A DNA stretch of 64,000 nt from Okamejei kenojei (taxonomy: Eukaryota), in assembly GCA_035221665.1 (NCBI GenBank), contig CM069137.1:79050001-79114000 (forward strand), written 5' to 3'. Within the stretch, counting starts at the first letter, position 1, and the number at the start of each line of letters is the position of its first letter. The position numbers and the translations under genes were made by a program. This document shows, piece after piece, positions 24,242-37,720 of the stretch. The notes under the pieces are model-generated. The model saw only the letters and a program-made list of their open reading frames with translations. It had not been told where the DNA came from and searched no databases.

Positions 24242-24359
24242 CTTTGCCGTTGAAAGGCAGACTCAGATTGAGAAGCTTCCTCTATAAGAGGTGTTATTAT
24301 TTTTTCTGCTATATCTGTCAGAACTGAGAAGGTTGGCTCCACAATAAAATCAATAAAAC
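24242..24359 (-). CDS. PDE1A: PDE1A exon (118 nt): FIDFIVEPTFSVLTDIAEKIITPLIEEASQSESAFQRQ(S)
   Basis: Acceptor tgtctccaccag, donor gttagt; phase 1-2; GFIDFIVEP motif. Confidence 0.94.
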
Positions 24360-25239
24360 CTGGTGGAGACAAAAAAAATCACTATTAGCACTAGCTCAGA
24401 GCTAGATAAACAGATGTCCTCAAATACAAAGTGAAGTTTACACAGCCTTGTATGCTCTTCGACGCCGTGAGTCACAGTCGGATGCAGAAGGACAAAATGA
24501 CTTTCAAATTTCCTCATAGTACGAAGTAGTCAAAAATATGGAAGTTAAACTTTGTTAAAACTGACATTTAGCTTGAGCACTAACAATTGAGATTTCACAG
24601 AAGAGTATGATTTTTGCAATGCATAATAAAATGAATGGTCATGACAGCTTGAAGGACACAACATACAATTGGTTTCAGCTCACTTGGGTTCTCAGTAATT
24701 CCTACCATTTATTTACGTTTATCCTAGATATACGGATAATGTATAATTTCCTGGCAAATTACTTAAAAGATTCAATTTGACGTATTGTTTGGAATGATGG
24801 CTTTTGAAACATTTTTTGATGCATTCTGGATAACAAAATATCTTAAATTATAAACATCTTAACTACAACAGAGAAATTCTGTGACACATTGATAATATGA
24901 TGATTATTGTATTCACATGACTAATGTAAATTTGTAAGAATGTTTTTAGCCAATAAATGATGCAGATTCTGCTATTAGAGACTCCGTTTTCTATATAAAA
25001 TAATTTTTTTTTCATTTTTGGTAGTTGCTGAAAACTTGCATGGCTATCTCCCAAGTTGGTGTCATTATCTTTCTATCTTTAACTTGCCCTGGGTCCGTGG
25101 AGAGAGCTCACTGTAAGCAGGGTTTGGAGAATAGGTAAAGGGGCTGAAAGTTTCACATTGAGAATATTAGTAGCCAGAAAAATCAAAGGTGGCTGCAAAA
25201 CATCTTAGAGGCTCTTCCCTTTTCACATGTTGCATGCTA

Positions 25240-25790
25240 GTGTTCTTGATGTGGGCTCCTGTACATTGAGAACAAAGCAGACACGGCAACCGTTTCACTG
25301 TCCAGTCAACCTAGGTCGGCGGGATCTCCCGGTTGACAACTGTTTCAACTCCCCTTCCCATACTGACCTTTCTGTCCTGGGCCTCCTATTTTGCCAGAGT
25401 GAGGCCACACACAAATTGGAGGAACAGCACCTCATATTTCACTTGGGTAGCTTATCTTCCCTAATTTTAAGTAATTTCTACTAACACTCCCCTCCCCTCT
25501 TGCCCCCTTCCCTCATCCTAGTTATTTAACCAGTTCCACGGTTTACCACATTATATCTCTCTTGAGATCACACCTTCCCTCGCGAACGATGGACCTACCA
25601 GACACCGTCCACTCTGAGGTCATTTGTGGCTGGCCCTGACTGGTCCTGGTCTTTTCTCACCTCCAGCTCTTCATCCCCTCCCCCCACCCCCTACTTTCAG
25701 TCTGAAGAAGGGTCCCAACCCAAAATGTCACTTACCCTTCTTCTCCAGAGATGCTGCCTGAATCGCTGATGTATTGCAGCACTTTGTGTA
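25240..25790 (+). mobile_element. Penelope-like element 3' portion (GIY-YIG C-terminal region plus terminal repeat)
   Basis: DLPVDNCFNSPSHTDLSVLGLLFCQSEATHKLEEQHLIFHLGSL; hammerhead-like core at ~25700-25731. Confidence 0.78.
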
Positions 25791-25827
25791 AATCTAACAC
25801 TATATTAATGCTGTGAACAAAACTCAA

Positions 25828-28270
25828 GGTTGCACAGTGGCGCAGCTGATGGAGCTGCTGCCTTACAGCTAGAGATCTAGGTTCAATCTTCAATGTGTGG
25901 AGTTTGTATCTTCTCCCTACAATCACTTGGGTTACTTTTGGATGCTCCGGTTTCCTTCCACATTCTAAAGATGTGCAACTTATTGGTTAATTTGCCTCTG
26001 CAAAAATTGCCCATGATGTGTAGTGAGCAGATGATACAGTGGGATAACACACTGTAGAACTCGTGTAATCAGGTGATGGTTGCCTAGCGTGCACTCGGTG
26101 GGCCGAAGAATCTCTTTCCATAATACGTCTCTAAATTAAACTAATGAGGAAAATTGAGTTTAAAGTAGCGTTTAAACTCAATTTTCAAGTTGCAAAGGTA
26201 CAATGAGGCAGTCTTTCCTCGTACCATGCAGAAAGGCACAATGTGAACTTTCCGACCCATTTCACCTTGATTGACACCGATTGCTAATCTCTTAATGTTA
26301 CACCAGTTTCCTTGCCTGACCTGCGCATCCAAACCTCCAGCCAAGCCTTAATACTGCTGCTTTAGACCAGAACTGTTATCACATTTACATCTGGAAAGTA
26401 GGGCCAGGATGGCTGGGACAGTGACGCAGCTGGTAGAGCTGCTGCCGCACAGCATTAGGGACCCGGGTTCGATCCTGACTTTGGGTGCTATCTGTGCGTG
26501 GAGTTTGCATGTTCTCCCTGTGACCATGTGGGTTTTCTCCGGGAGCTCCATTTTCCTCCCACATCCCAACGACTAATCCTTCACTGTCTTGGATAAAGTA
26601 CTTGGGGAAATTTATTGATAGAGGAGAGGATTATTTTCCACTCCCGGGCAGATATAAACACTGCTTATCTGGAAGGCTGGATAACCCTGTCGCACATGAG
26701 ACCTTTATGGACATCAGCCCCAGTTTCCATATATTTGAACCATGAAAATAGCTTTTCCTCTCACAGCTGATGTGCAGTTTGGTTTAGTTTAGTTCAGTTT
26801 AGTTTAGAGATACAGCATGGAAACAGACCCTTCGGCCCACTGAGAACACGCCGACACGCGATCCCCGCACGTTAACACTATCCTACACACTGCAGGGACA
26901 ATTTGTATTTGTAGAAAGCCAATTGACCTACAAACCTGTATATCTTTGGAGGAAACCAAAGATCTCGGAGAAAACCCACACGGTTACGGTTACAAACTCC
27001 GTACAGACAGCACCCGTAGTCTTGATCGAACCCAGGCCTCTGATGCTGAAAGCGCTGTAAGGCAGCAACTCTACCGCTGCTCCACCGTACCACTCCTAAA
27101 CTCCATTCTTGAACTCCATACCAGCAGTGGCCATTGCATTCGACTCTTTCATCGGAAAGAGTGTTCCTGCAAGGACTTGCCAATGTCCTGGCAGTTCAAA
27201 GGACAGAATCACAGTCATAGCTGGAGGCCCCACAGAGGTCAGCCGAGAGTGCAGATCGGACGCAGCCTACAGCAGTCCAGCAGTGGAAGGCATCAATAGC
27301 AACACCAAGCCAGGCCAAACACTGCAGCACCGCCAGGACAACAGGCCTTTTAGACCAGGGTAAGACTATATTTTTAAGAAATGTGAAACTGGATTAATAT
27401 AAATCGCGTTGGAAACATGACGACTTCTTGTGTAATCTACTAGTCTCTTACATTACAATCGTTGTACCCTTGTACTCGGGTATGATTGTGCTTAGGTGAA
27501 CTAAGATTATACTGAATTGAATGCAACACAAAGAATTTCACTGTATCCAGATACATGTGACAAAAAGGTACCACTGAACCATTGAGAGCTACAATAAGGA
27601 AACAGGGCCTTTGGCCCACTGAGGGCAAATCAACCATCAACCACCCATTGACACTAATCCTGCATTAATCCCATTGTTTTTTATTCTCCCTACATTCTCA
27701 TCAATTTGCCAGATTCTATCACTCGCCTACACACTATGAATAATGTACACGCATTACTTAATCTGCTAACCTGCATAACTTTGGGATGTGGGAGGCAAAC
27801 CATGCACGCTCTACACAGTCTCTGACACTGATGCAGAGGCTCTATTATGTGTGCCACTATGCAGAGACTGAACAGTTTAAGGGAATGTGCACCACAGGAG
27901 GCAAAGATGGCATAAACTCAGATGAAAGTGTTTCATTCGGCTTAGGGTTTGGTTTAATATTGTCACATGTACCAAGGTACATGTGGGTGACACAGAGGTA
28001 AAGTTGCTGTCTCTGGACATGAGTTTGATCCTGTCTAAGGGTGCTGTCTGAATGGAGTTTGACCCATACAGACAGACCCATACATGTGACCGCATGGGGT
28101 TTTCACCGGATGCTCCAGTTTCCTCCCACACTGCAAAGTTAGTATGTTAATTGGCTTCAGTAATAATTGTAAATTTTCCTTAGTGTGTAGGATAGTGTTA
28201 GTGTACGGGGTGATCGTTGGTCAGCACTGACCTGGTGGGGCAAAGGGCCTCTTTCTCTAAAGTCTAAAGA
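25828..28270. mobile_element. Cluster of HE1-like SINEs: 25828-26140 +, 26415-26570 +, 26780-27095 -, 27590-27810 -, 27985-28270 +
   Basis: Each shows the tRNA-like head and/or central domain and tail. Confidence 0.8.
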
Positions 28271-28644
28271 CTACGGTACATCAAAGGTAAATGTGCAGGC
28301 AATTGATGAACCAACTCTTAAATGGGCCTCTTTAGTGACTAGAGACTCTAAATCAGCTACTAAATTTCATCAGTCAAGTGGAATTGATGGCATAAAAGAT
28401 ACGTGCTGGGAAGTGCCTCGCTGATGCTCTCAGTTTGTAACTGTATCAGAGGTGGATGGAAGGATCAGTGAAGAGGGCGAGAGGGTAGGGGGGAATGAAG
28501 GAACAGGCAGAAATATCGACTGGGGTGGGGGTGAGGGCAGGAGGGGACATTGATATTGGAGGACATTTCCATTGTGTTTGGCAGTTTTAAACAACGTTAT
28601 AACCGTGGGACAGTACTGAAGGAATTCTTGTCCATATGGTAAGC

Positions 28645-30720
28645 AAGAGTCATAGAGTCATACAGCATGGAAACAGGCCTTTGGCCAAATCTGTCCATGT
28701 CGACAAAATGCCCCATTAAGCAGATCCCATTTATCTGCATTTAGCCCATATCTCTCTAAACCCTTTCTATCCATGTCCCTGTCCAAATAGCTTTCAAATG
28801 TTGTTATTGTACCTGCCTCAACTACTTTCTCGGGAAACCCACCAACCACTGTGTGAAAATGTTGCTCCTCAGGTTCCTATTAAACATTTTCCCTCCCACC
28901 TGGGAAAACATGCATTTAGCACGAAACACCAAGAACCTTGATATAATCACTCCACCCCTTTCAGAATAATTTATTATTCACGTCCCAGACGTTACAAATC
29001 CAAACACTTACCGATCTGAGATTGAGCTACCATTGTGGATTTTCGGTCACAAAGTGGAGAAAATGGTAACCCTAAGTCTGCCTCATTGTCACCCTGCAGA
29101 GAGAATAATGAAAGAAATCATTACGTTAAAATAAAACAACTATATATTTAAATTGAACCGATAATGCAAATGTAAATCTGCATGCATGCTTTGTGGGGCA
29201 GTGGGATGAGAATTGTGGAATTATCTGCTGTGAATGGTGTCCTGAAACAAATAATATCACCATTTTCATTAACATGACTTTCTCGTGAGAACCAGATGTA
29301 CTCAACGAGATTAAACAGTATCTAAGTGTTTAGCTGTTTGTTCAATAGTCCGGTCAATAGCTGATCAATAACCTGAATCAATTTAGGGTCATAAGGTCAT
29401 AAGGAATAGTAGAATTAGGCCATTTGGCCCATCAAGTCTATTCCGCCATTCAATCATTGCTGATCTATCTCTCCATCCCAGCCCATTCTCCTGCCTTCTC
29501 CCCATCTGTACTAATCAAGAACCTATCTATCTCTGCATCAAAATATTCACTGATTTGGCCTCCACAGCCTTCTGTGGCAAATAATTCCACATTCACCACC
29601 CTCCAACTAAAGAAATACCTCCTCATCTCCTTCCTAAAAGAACATCCTTTAATTCGGATGCTATGACCTCTAGCCACCAGTGGAAACATCCTCTAAGTAA
29701 GCGCACCCATGGAAAGATGCAGGTCAAAATAAGATTGTAATATAAAGCATTTTGTTATTTTCTCAATGTTCCCCCATCGACTACATCATTAGAAAGATTG
29801 ATTGCGATTTTTTAAGTACTGAGCTTTCATTTAGAACAGATCAGAATTTTTTAAATGTTAATTTCTTGCAGTTATTATTTGGTTTAAAAAAAATAGCGTG
29901 ACTTAAAGAGAGGATGTCTTCTTATTTTTTCTTAAGTGGGGAGATAATATTTAACTTTTAATTAGACTATTATCTGGAATACAGTGCAATGAATGCTGAT
30001 TATCTTTGAAGCATGAGCAACCTTGTATCTTATGGACCAGTGACACCATCACAAAACATCACATCATTACACTTATTACATTGTGCTGCAAGACCCACAA
30101 AGTCTACTATACGTCATCAGCATTAATATTTAAAAAGAAATGGGAAATTAAAATCAAAATTAATTTCTTTTAACTGAAATATCCAAACCCTGTAAATGTC
30201 CTGAAATGGTAGCTTTTAATCATTAATTCCAAATGGACCCACAATGCATTCAGAGCATAAAATTAATACCTGACACCTAGCAGGCTGTTAATAATGAGAA
30301 AGACACTGTCCATGATCTCATGTCATAAGATCATGTGATAGGAGTAGAATTCAGCCATTCGGCCCATCAAGTCTACTGCCATTCAATCATGGCTGATCTA
30401 TCTCTCCCTCCCAACCCTAATCTCTTGCCTTTCCCCATAACCTCCGATACCTGTACCAATCATGTCTCCATTCAACAAAGCTACTTCTCCTGTGATATAA
30501 TGTTACTTAGTTCAGGGGATGCCTCCATGTAATGTGCACCTTGGGGTAATTGATTGCTGTGTTGTATTTGAAAAATGCAGAGCAAAGTTAATATCTGCTC
30601 ACAGAAACAGGCTCATCAGCTCCAAGTTGCCATGCCGACCAAGATGCCCCATCTCCACTAGTCCCTCTTGCCTGCATTTGGACCATATCCCTCAAAACGT
30701 TTCCTATTAATAACCTTGAC
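28645..30720 (-). mobile_element. Several short CR1 3'-end fragments: 28645-28900, 29388-29695, 30325-30460, 30600-30710
   Basis: CR1 ORF2 C-terminus and 3' UTR; tails such as (ataaggtc)n. The 29012-29093 exon lies among them. Confidence 0.7.
29012..29093 (-). CDS. PDE1A: PDE1A exon (82 nt): GDNEADLGLPFSPLCDRKSTMVAQSQI(G)
   Basis: Acceptor tctctgcag, donor gtaagt; includes the invariant substrate-binding Gln (SQIG). Confidence 0.96.
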
Positions 30721-31000
30721 AATCTTGACACAAATCTTGTCAAGCAAGAAATAATGTGACTCACTGCCTTGCTGAGTTAAGATAGGGCGTGAGAACTGTA
30801 ACAAACACGGGTATCACAAAGTTGTGTTGGGATCTGTGCTTGGGATCGAACAATGAATAGTATGCTCTTCATTAACTGTTGCACAATATTCTCCTGACAT
30901 GACGTTGGCTTGATAAAAACACAATTTCTGTAATAAAATACATATTGAATAAAAGAGGTTCTTAGAGCATGTGTGCTTCACATCAACATCAAGCCTTTAC

Positions 31001-31121
31001 CTGTCGAAAGAATTCTTCCATCAATGTCATTGTCCACCGGTAGTGCTGATCCCAGGACTTTGCAGGATGGCTTATATCGGCGGCATGCAGCATTAGTGAC
31101 ATGACTTTAGCTTTGTCAGTC
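31001..31121 (-). CDS. PDE1A: PDE1A exon (121 nt): TDKAKVMSLMLHAADISHPAKSWDQHYRWTMTLMEEFFRQ
   Basis: Acceptor tgtttcag, donor gtaaag; HAADISHP and EEFFxQ motifs. Confidence 0.96.
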
Positions 31122-31248
31122 CTGAAACATCAAGGGCATTGAACTGAGTTGCTGCATTGAAGGACTGTGAGGAAACTGTATTGCATATGACATGGTTATA
31201 AGCTTTCTGTTTTTGCAAGAAATTGTCAAGAAAAGGAGATTGTCTCAC

Positions 31249-31350
31249 CCTTCAGGCTGCTGTAAAGTATTTCTCATGGTCTTGATTTGTTGGAAATGAC
31301 AAGACATGTCGGTTGATAAAACCATTTCTATCACCAAAGATCGCAGATCC
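31249..31350 (-). CDS. PDE1A: PDE1A exon (102 nt): DLRSLVIEMVLSTDMSCHFQQIKTMRNTLQQPE(G)
   Basis: Acceptor aaacag, donor gtgaga; TDM motif. Confidence 0.95.
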
Positions 31351-32064
31351 CTGTTTGATTCATAAAACATGACGTGATGCTATGACTAGCTGATAATGCA
31401 AAAATACAAGAATAGATCTGGCATCTAGCTTTCTTTCCATGTCTAGATTAAAAGGATGGGAAAATATATAAAAAGGTGCTGAACTTCGAAAGTTCCCATG
31501 ACTTACTGCAGGTCAACCCTGAGTTACGTGAAAAGCTGACGTGCCAGCGTGTCTGATTATTCACACTCAAGTCAAACGTACAGGATTAATTCTTGTTATT
31601 AAATTGAAGAATGTGACTTTTCTGCTATTCTGGCTAATTAGTTTAGGTTAGAATGATGTCATGAATGATCACCCTTTAACCTGTGGATGGCACTAATATC
31701 TGCTGCATCTGGATCTACGTAACTAAGCACGGAGCTCATGTGTCAGTTTTCTGATCCTGATGGATATGCAGGCAGCTAAGTGTTTGAAGATCTGGTGGGG
31801 ATGTTTTGCAGCTACCTGACCCCCTCTAATCAACATTTAGGCAGCCTTCTAAATGGCGCCAAACATTCCTGTCCAAATCATACCCTCCACCCACCCTTAA
31901 TACTATGTGTAAAATATTGCCATGACTCTTTTGGGTGTGTTCATTGTCCTAAGGCTGCCTAGTCTCTTGGTGTAACACCAAATATATAATAACACCCAAA
32001 GCTCAGAGACTTAGATTTATGCCACGGCTTATCCAGTGTTTATTCCCAATCTGTCTCACCTTAC

Positions 32065-32190
32065 CTCCAATCATCTTTCGACAAATTGCACATGATGTTC
32101 ATTTCCTCTTCCTGCATTAATCGGTACGCAGCGCTTACGTGATAGTTTTCAAGAACAGATCGATCGTTGTACAAGATAGCTACACCTGAT
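32065..32190 (-). CDS. PDE1A: PDE1A exon (126 nt): SGVAILYNDRSVLENYHVSAAYRLMQEEEMNIMCNLSKDDW(R)
   Basis: Acceptor ctaacag, donor gtaagg; RLMQEEEMNI..NLSKDDWR is PDE1A-like rather than PDE1B/PDE1C. Confidence 0.95.
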
Positions 32191-32394
32191 CTGTTAGTAA
32201 ATTAAATAGCATATTGTAATTTACATTAACTCCTCTGTTCAGGGTGAAAATGCCGACAAATCATCTGATAGTAAATAGACGCTAAAACTATGAACAACTA
32301 AAATATGTCCTTTTTTTAATTTTAGTGGAAGAACTAATCCATTTGAGTTGATAGTATGGAGTTAAAAATGATATCAGGAGTTACTCAGAGAGAA

Positions 32395-32680
32395 GTTTAG
32401 ACATACAGTGCAGAAACAGGCTCTTTAGCCCACACCAACCAGCGATCCCCACACATTAACACTATGCTACACATACGAGGGACAATTTACACTTTTACCA
32501 AGTCAATTAGCCTACAAGCCTGTACATCTTTGGAGTGTGGGAGGAAACTGAAGATCTCAGAGAAAACCCACGCAGTCACGGAGAGAATGTATAAACTCTG
32601 TACAGACAACACCCACTGTCGGGATTGAACCCATGCCTCTGGCAAGCGCTGTGAGGCAGCAACTCTACCATTGCACCAAT
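32395..32680 (-). mobile_element. HE1-like SINE
   Basis: Full-length copy in reverse orientation. Confidence 0.85.
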
Positions 32681-33719
32681 GTGCTATAATGTTGAAATTA
32701 AAATAGTAAATAGTAAAGGATGTTATTTAATAACATTATCTGGAAGGCTTGCTAATATTAGTCTGGTTATCTCTAGGAACCTTGCTGGGATCTTATCAGA
32801 TAATCCACAAGATAACTTAGTAGCATCAATAAATAATGATCAAGCTGGAGCAGTTCAATAACTGTTATTTGATCGTAAGGTTTAAGTCACTGGATAAAAA
32901 TAGATGGAATATTTTGACTGGTTATATCTCACAGCAGACTGCCAATATGTTGAACTACCACCTAAATTAAAGTGAGTTCACTAATGGAATAAGTATCTTC
33001 TTTCTGCCCATCTCCTGGCTCATGACTAAGGTACTCATTATCTAATTAATAATTAGATACATGAAATTTGCCTATTTTATTAAAAAAAACATTGGGCAAA
33101 ACAAAGATATGAGTGACTGACAAGCCATGGAGATCATCAGGTGAGTCCCTTAATTACTTTAAAAATTTTGCAGCTTGTGAATCTAATAGCTTGAAAGCCA
33201 AAATACAAAGTCAATCAATCAATCACATTATATTGATTAAGTTTTATTATTAAAATGACAGAAATACAGTAATAAAATAAAATAATTATGAGCTACCCCC
33301 CTCCCCCCACCCCCCTCAGAAATAATAAAATGGTGGAAAAAATATAATATAAAATGTAACATAGTAAAATATAATATAAAATGGGCAAATAGTTAAAGGA
33401 ACTTTGTGGGCAGACATTAATATGATTGGAACACACTTAAAAGTTCATTAGTAAAAAAAGGAACAGCAGATGCTGGTTTACAAAAAAAGGCACGACAAGC
33501 TAGGGTAACTCCTAGTAACTCCCGCAACTTCTTGATTAGAACAGATGTCAAGGGTTATAGGGAGAAGGCATGAAAATGGGATTAGGAGGCAGAGATTCTA
33601 CTCCTATAACTTATGAACGTGAACTCAGCAGGTCAGGCAGCAACCCAGGAGAACATAGACAGGTAACATTTCACATTGTTCTCATTGACTTAAAAGAGAT
33701 GAAGTGATTTCCATTTATG

Positions 33720-34772
33720 TAGGTATGTTACAAAACTTACCTTTAGCGGCGCTGCAGTTCTGTTACTGGCCGTGTGCGCGACTTTGGCGCCTTTGAGGGG
33801 GGGGGGGGGGGGGCGGGGTTAAAATGCGGTTTTCCAGTCCCTTCCGGAGTTATATTTTCTCGGGGTGCGAGCTTTCGCTAAAGATTTGTTCTGAACGCTG
33901 GTATGTTAAATTTTTTTTTTTAATCACCCGACTATTTCAGCACTGGAGTAAAATAAAAATTAGCTTCTAATGCCATGAACGATGAACGCCGACAACGGGG
34001 ATGGGTTTTACGTAGGGGACAGGTAAAGGAAAGCCGTTTAATTTTTCATATAAACTTGCTTGTTAAGATGACCTTAATCAACATTTCATGTTGCGAAACG
34101 GTGATTTATTCCCCATACGAACCGGCAGTATTTTACCTGCTGATATGGGGTTTAAATTCACCGCAACAGCAACGTTCCAATCCATCGCGTTCCATAAAAT
34201 CCCACTTGCAAGCTGGCCATTAATTTACGGGCATTAAACACAGAATTCCTTCAATCAATTGGCCTATAAATTCATAACAATGAGATTTTAAAATCATGTT
34301 ATATTGTGAATTCTTGTGTGAATGTCATTTGGACACTTAGGCTTTTTTTAAAATGTTAATATTTTCTTAAGAAATGGATAGATGTTTAGATCTGGTAATT
34401 GAATTTTGTAATTAGCTACAATTGGGTAACTAACTAATTATATGCTTTAATTTCAGGTCATCCAAGAAAGATTGTTTCATATTTGTTTCAGAATGCTTCA
34501 ATCTACAATAACTGAAAATGTATTTCAGTTCTCTTAATTTTTAAGAAAGTTATGGGCTTTTGACTGTCCTCGATCGCAACTTTTATGTTAAGTCAATGGA
34601 AAAGCAATAGGGAACAAGATGCTAATTTCTGAGTATGAAAATGGCCATAACTTGTTTAATACTGAAGATAGGAAAGTGAATTAGGTGTCAAATTAAACTT
34701 ATTTTTATGCTTTATCTGATGGGATAAACAGCAGACTTGATTTTTAAAATCTCAAAATGTTGTAACATTGCT
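33720..34772. mobile_element. Non-autonomous hAT-like DNA transposon
   Basis: TIR aggtatgttacaa / ttgtaacattgct; TSD catttatg(t) at 33712-33720 and 34773-34781; internal poly-G run. Confidence 0.75.
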
Positions 34773-35054
34773 CATTTATGTGTAAAGGTAATAACAAGAA
34801 GGGTTATTAATGAAGAAGGGTCCCAACCCGAAGCATCACCTTCAGAGATGCTGCCTGATCCGCTGAGTTACTCCAGCGGTTCTTTTTTTTAAGAACCATT
34901 GTGTTGGTTGCTGTACGTACATGTGCCTATTATGCGACAAGTGTACCAGCTGCCATACAGTAATGGCATTTGAATGACTTCCATACACAAGCTGGCAGCT
35001 AACACCTTTCTGAGGTCTCTTTTTATAAAATGTCATTGTATAAAATTGTATATA

Positions 35055-35826
35055 AACCGCCAAGGTCACCGAACGATTGGCAGCCCCGCCAACAGTCTGT
35101 TTGTTTTTTCATCTTTTTTTAATTTTTAGTGCATTTTATAAGTCTATGTAAATGTTTTCCGGTTTGTTTTATGTGGGGGGAGGTTGTGGGGGGGGTCGGG
35201 GGAAACTTTTTTTTTCAGTTTCTTACCTTGCTGGAGGCGCGATGTTTCCAGGTCGTGTCTCCGGTCGCTCTGCAGCCTACCATCGATGGAGCTGGAACGC
35301 CTCCTCGGACTGACTTTGGCCCCCACCGTGGGGCACAAACTTAATATCAGAGCCGATCCCTTGCCTGGCATCGCCCCAACCACGGCCTGCGGACTTACCA
35401 TCAAGAGCTCGCAGTCGGGAGAGGCCAGTTGGGAGCTCAGACGAACGCAGAGGATCGACCAGCCCGAACACGGGGTTCAATCATCCGGCACTGGGGAGCT
35501 GACATCCCCCCGATGCAGGAGCTGGATCGCCCTGATGTGGAGGGCCCAAAACGCCGCCGGCTACGGGAGTCAAAATCGTCCCGTCAATGGAGGGCTCGAG
35601 GCCCCCGACCGCAGGAGAGCAAAGGGAAGAGATTGAACTTTTTTTTTCGCCTTCCAATACAGTGAGGAATGCGGAGGAGTCACTGTGCTGGATGTTTATG
35701 CTAAAATGTGTTTTGTGTGTTCTGTTGTTTTTTATTTGTATGACTGACTTGGCAAAATGAAATTCCTCGTATGTTGCAAATCATACTTGGCTAATAAAGT
35801 ATTATTGTAATTGTGATTGATTGTGA
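35055..35826 (+). mobile_element. Unclassified non-autonomous retroposon with GC-rich core and LINE-like tail
   Basis: Ends aattcctcgtatgttgc...ggctaataaagta followed by (attgtg)n; no credible ORF. Confidence 0.55.
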
Positions 35827-36020
35827 TCTGTGGCATGCCAGCTGCTCTTCAGAAATGGGACATTTAATTTAACTTCCAGTAGCCTTATTTGGACAGAATT
35901 GGGATGGATCTTTTGGGCATGACCCAAATTCTAGACTAGAAACTGCAGGCAGAAGGTACAGGCTTATTTCATTTTGAGAAAACGTTATTCCTTAAGATTC
36001 TAGAAGCAGCGGTTACGGTT

Positions 36021-36483
36021 TAGACAATAGGTGCAGGAGTAGGCCATTCGGCCCTTCGAGCCAGCACCGCCTTTCAATGTGATCATGGCTGATCATCCCA
36101 ATCAGTACCCCGTTCCTGCCTTCTCCCCATATCCCCTGACTCCGCTATCTTTAAGAGCCCCATCTATCTCTCTCATGAAAAGGGGTACGTTTAAGGATAA
36201 GGGGGAGGCCATTTAGGACTGAGATGAGGAAAAGCTTTTTCACCCAGAGAGTTGTGAATTTGTGGAATCCTCTGCCACAGAAGGTTGTGGAAGCCAATTC
36301 ACTGGATGTTTTCAACAGAGAATTAGATATAGCGCTTGGGGCTAACGTAATCAAGGGGTATGAGGAAAAAAAGCAGGAATGGGGTACTGATTTTGGATTA
36401 TCAGCCATGATAATATTGAATGGCGGTGCCGGTTCGAAGGAGCGAATGGCCTACTCCTGCACCTATTTTCTATGTTTCTATGT
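36021..36483. mobile_element. Two CR1 3' ends joined in opposite orientation (36021-36172 -, 36180-36483 +)
   Basis: Both end in ...ggcctactcctgcacctatt; RKSFFTQRVVNLWNPLPQKVVEA. Confidence 0.85.
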
Positions 36484-36965
36484 CATGATATTTGTTACTC
36501 TTGCAGATCTCCAGAAGTACATTGCTTAACCTTTTGCAAAGCCACACAAATAATTGTTGAAAAATTAGCCATGAGAAAAAATGGACTTCAAAATATAGCG
36601 TTCTGCAATGTAATGTGAGCTGTGGTATCTGAAGACATTACGGTAGAAATTGGAGTTGCGGTGCAGAGAAGGTGATATAGAACTGAACCTCCACCCAAAA
36701 ATCCATTTACTTGATCTTTGCTCCAAACCATTCCATCAAAGGCATCCAGTGAAAGTCCGCCCACTCGCACTGCTCTCCATTTAACACCACCAGCCAAGAC
36801 AAAGTTTAAAACCTCCACTTTATGTCCAACGATTAATCAGCGTGGAAATTTGTATGCCTTTACTACAAAGATCCACAAACTGAGAAGCATTTTAATACAG
36901 TACAGAGTTGTATAAACTTATGAAAATCAGACGTAAGTTTTAATCTCGTCATCGTTGGTTCCTAC

Positions 36966-37066
36966 CTGGTTTGAATGTGGAAGTTATTTGTGGTCCCTGT
37001 ATGCTCATAGTCATGAATGGCGGCAGCAAAGAGCATGGCTAGGATATCCAGTTCTGTAAACCAGTG
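36966..37066 (-). CDS. PDE1A: PDE1A exon (101 nt): HWFTELDILAMLFAAAIHDYEHTGTTNNFHIQT(R)
   Basis: Acceptor tctgttgcag, donor gtagga; HDxxHxGxxN metal-binding signature. Confidence 0.96.
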
Positions 37067-37409
37067 CTGCAACAGAAAGGTTATAACTGGGGAAAGTTGC
37101 TTGTGATTTACTCGACCATGATGAGAAAATATGATATCATAAGTTGGATATCATTCACAAAGCACAAAAGGTATCTTACATACCCATGGCTGATTGCCAT
37201 GGGACAAACTGTTCATTGAACCCAATAAATAAAGTGCCATCCTTTAATGCCAATGAGTTGTCCAAGCAACAGGACCTCTGTGGAGAACGCATTTGGAATG
37301 AGTCGGGACATTGCCATAACACTTAAACAAAAATGCCATTGTCCATACTTGCTGCCTGCTTCTCCCATTCATTGTGATAGTGGCTCAGCATAAAGGGATT
37401 GCTCAGGTG

Positions 37410-37720
37410 TAGAAATAAGGAACTGCAGGTGCTAGTTTACAAAAAAAGACACAAAGTGCTGGAGTAACTCAGGCTGCATCTGTGAAGATCATGGATAGCT
37501 GATGTTTTGGGTCAGAACCCTTGTTTAGATTGATTGTAGGGGAGGGGTAGGGAAAGCTGGAAGAGAGGAGAGGGAGGACAAGTGTGGCAGGTGATAGGTG
37601 AACACAGGCGAGGGATAACGGGGGTTTGACAGGCCTCTGATTGGACAAATGCCAAAGATGAAAGAAACAGGTGTGAGATGAAATAATTGAAGGAATGTAC
37701 GTGGTGGGGAGAAATATGTG
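37410..37720 (-). mobile_element. Penelope-derived terminal repeat, degraded
   Basis: aaggaactgcaggtgct...tgctggagtaactcag...gggtcagaaccc. Confidence 0.65.

Noticed and set aside
35129-35665. Overlapping GC-rich ORFs of 67-150 aa
   Set aside because: Explained by low stop frequency inside a GC-rich repeat.
36588-36818. 76-aa minus-strand ORF just downstream of the HD exon
   Set aside because: No convincing splice sites; the flanking PDE1A exons join correctly without it.
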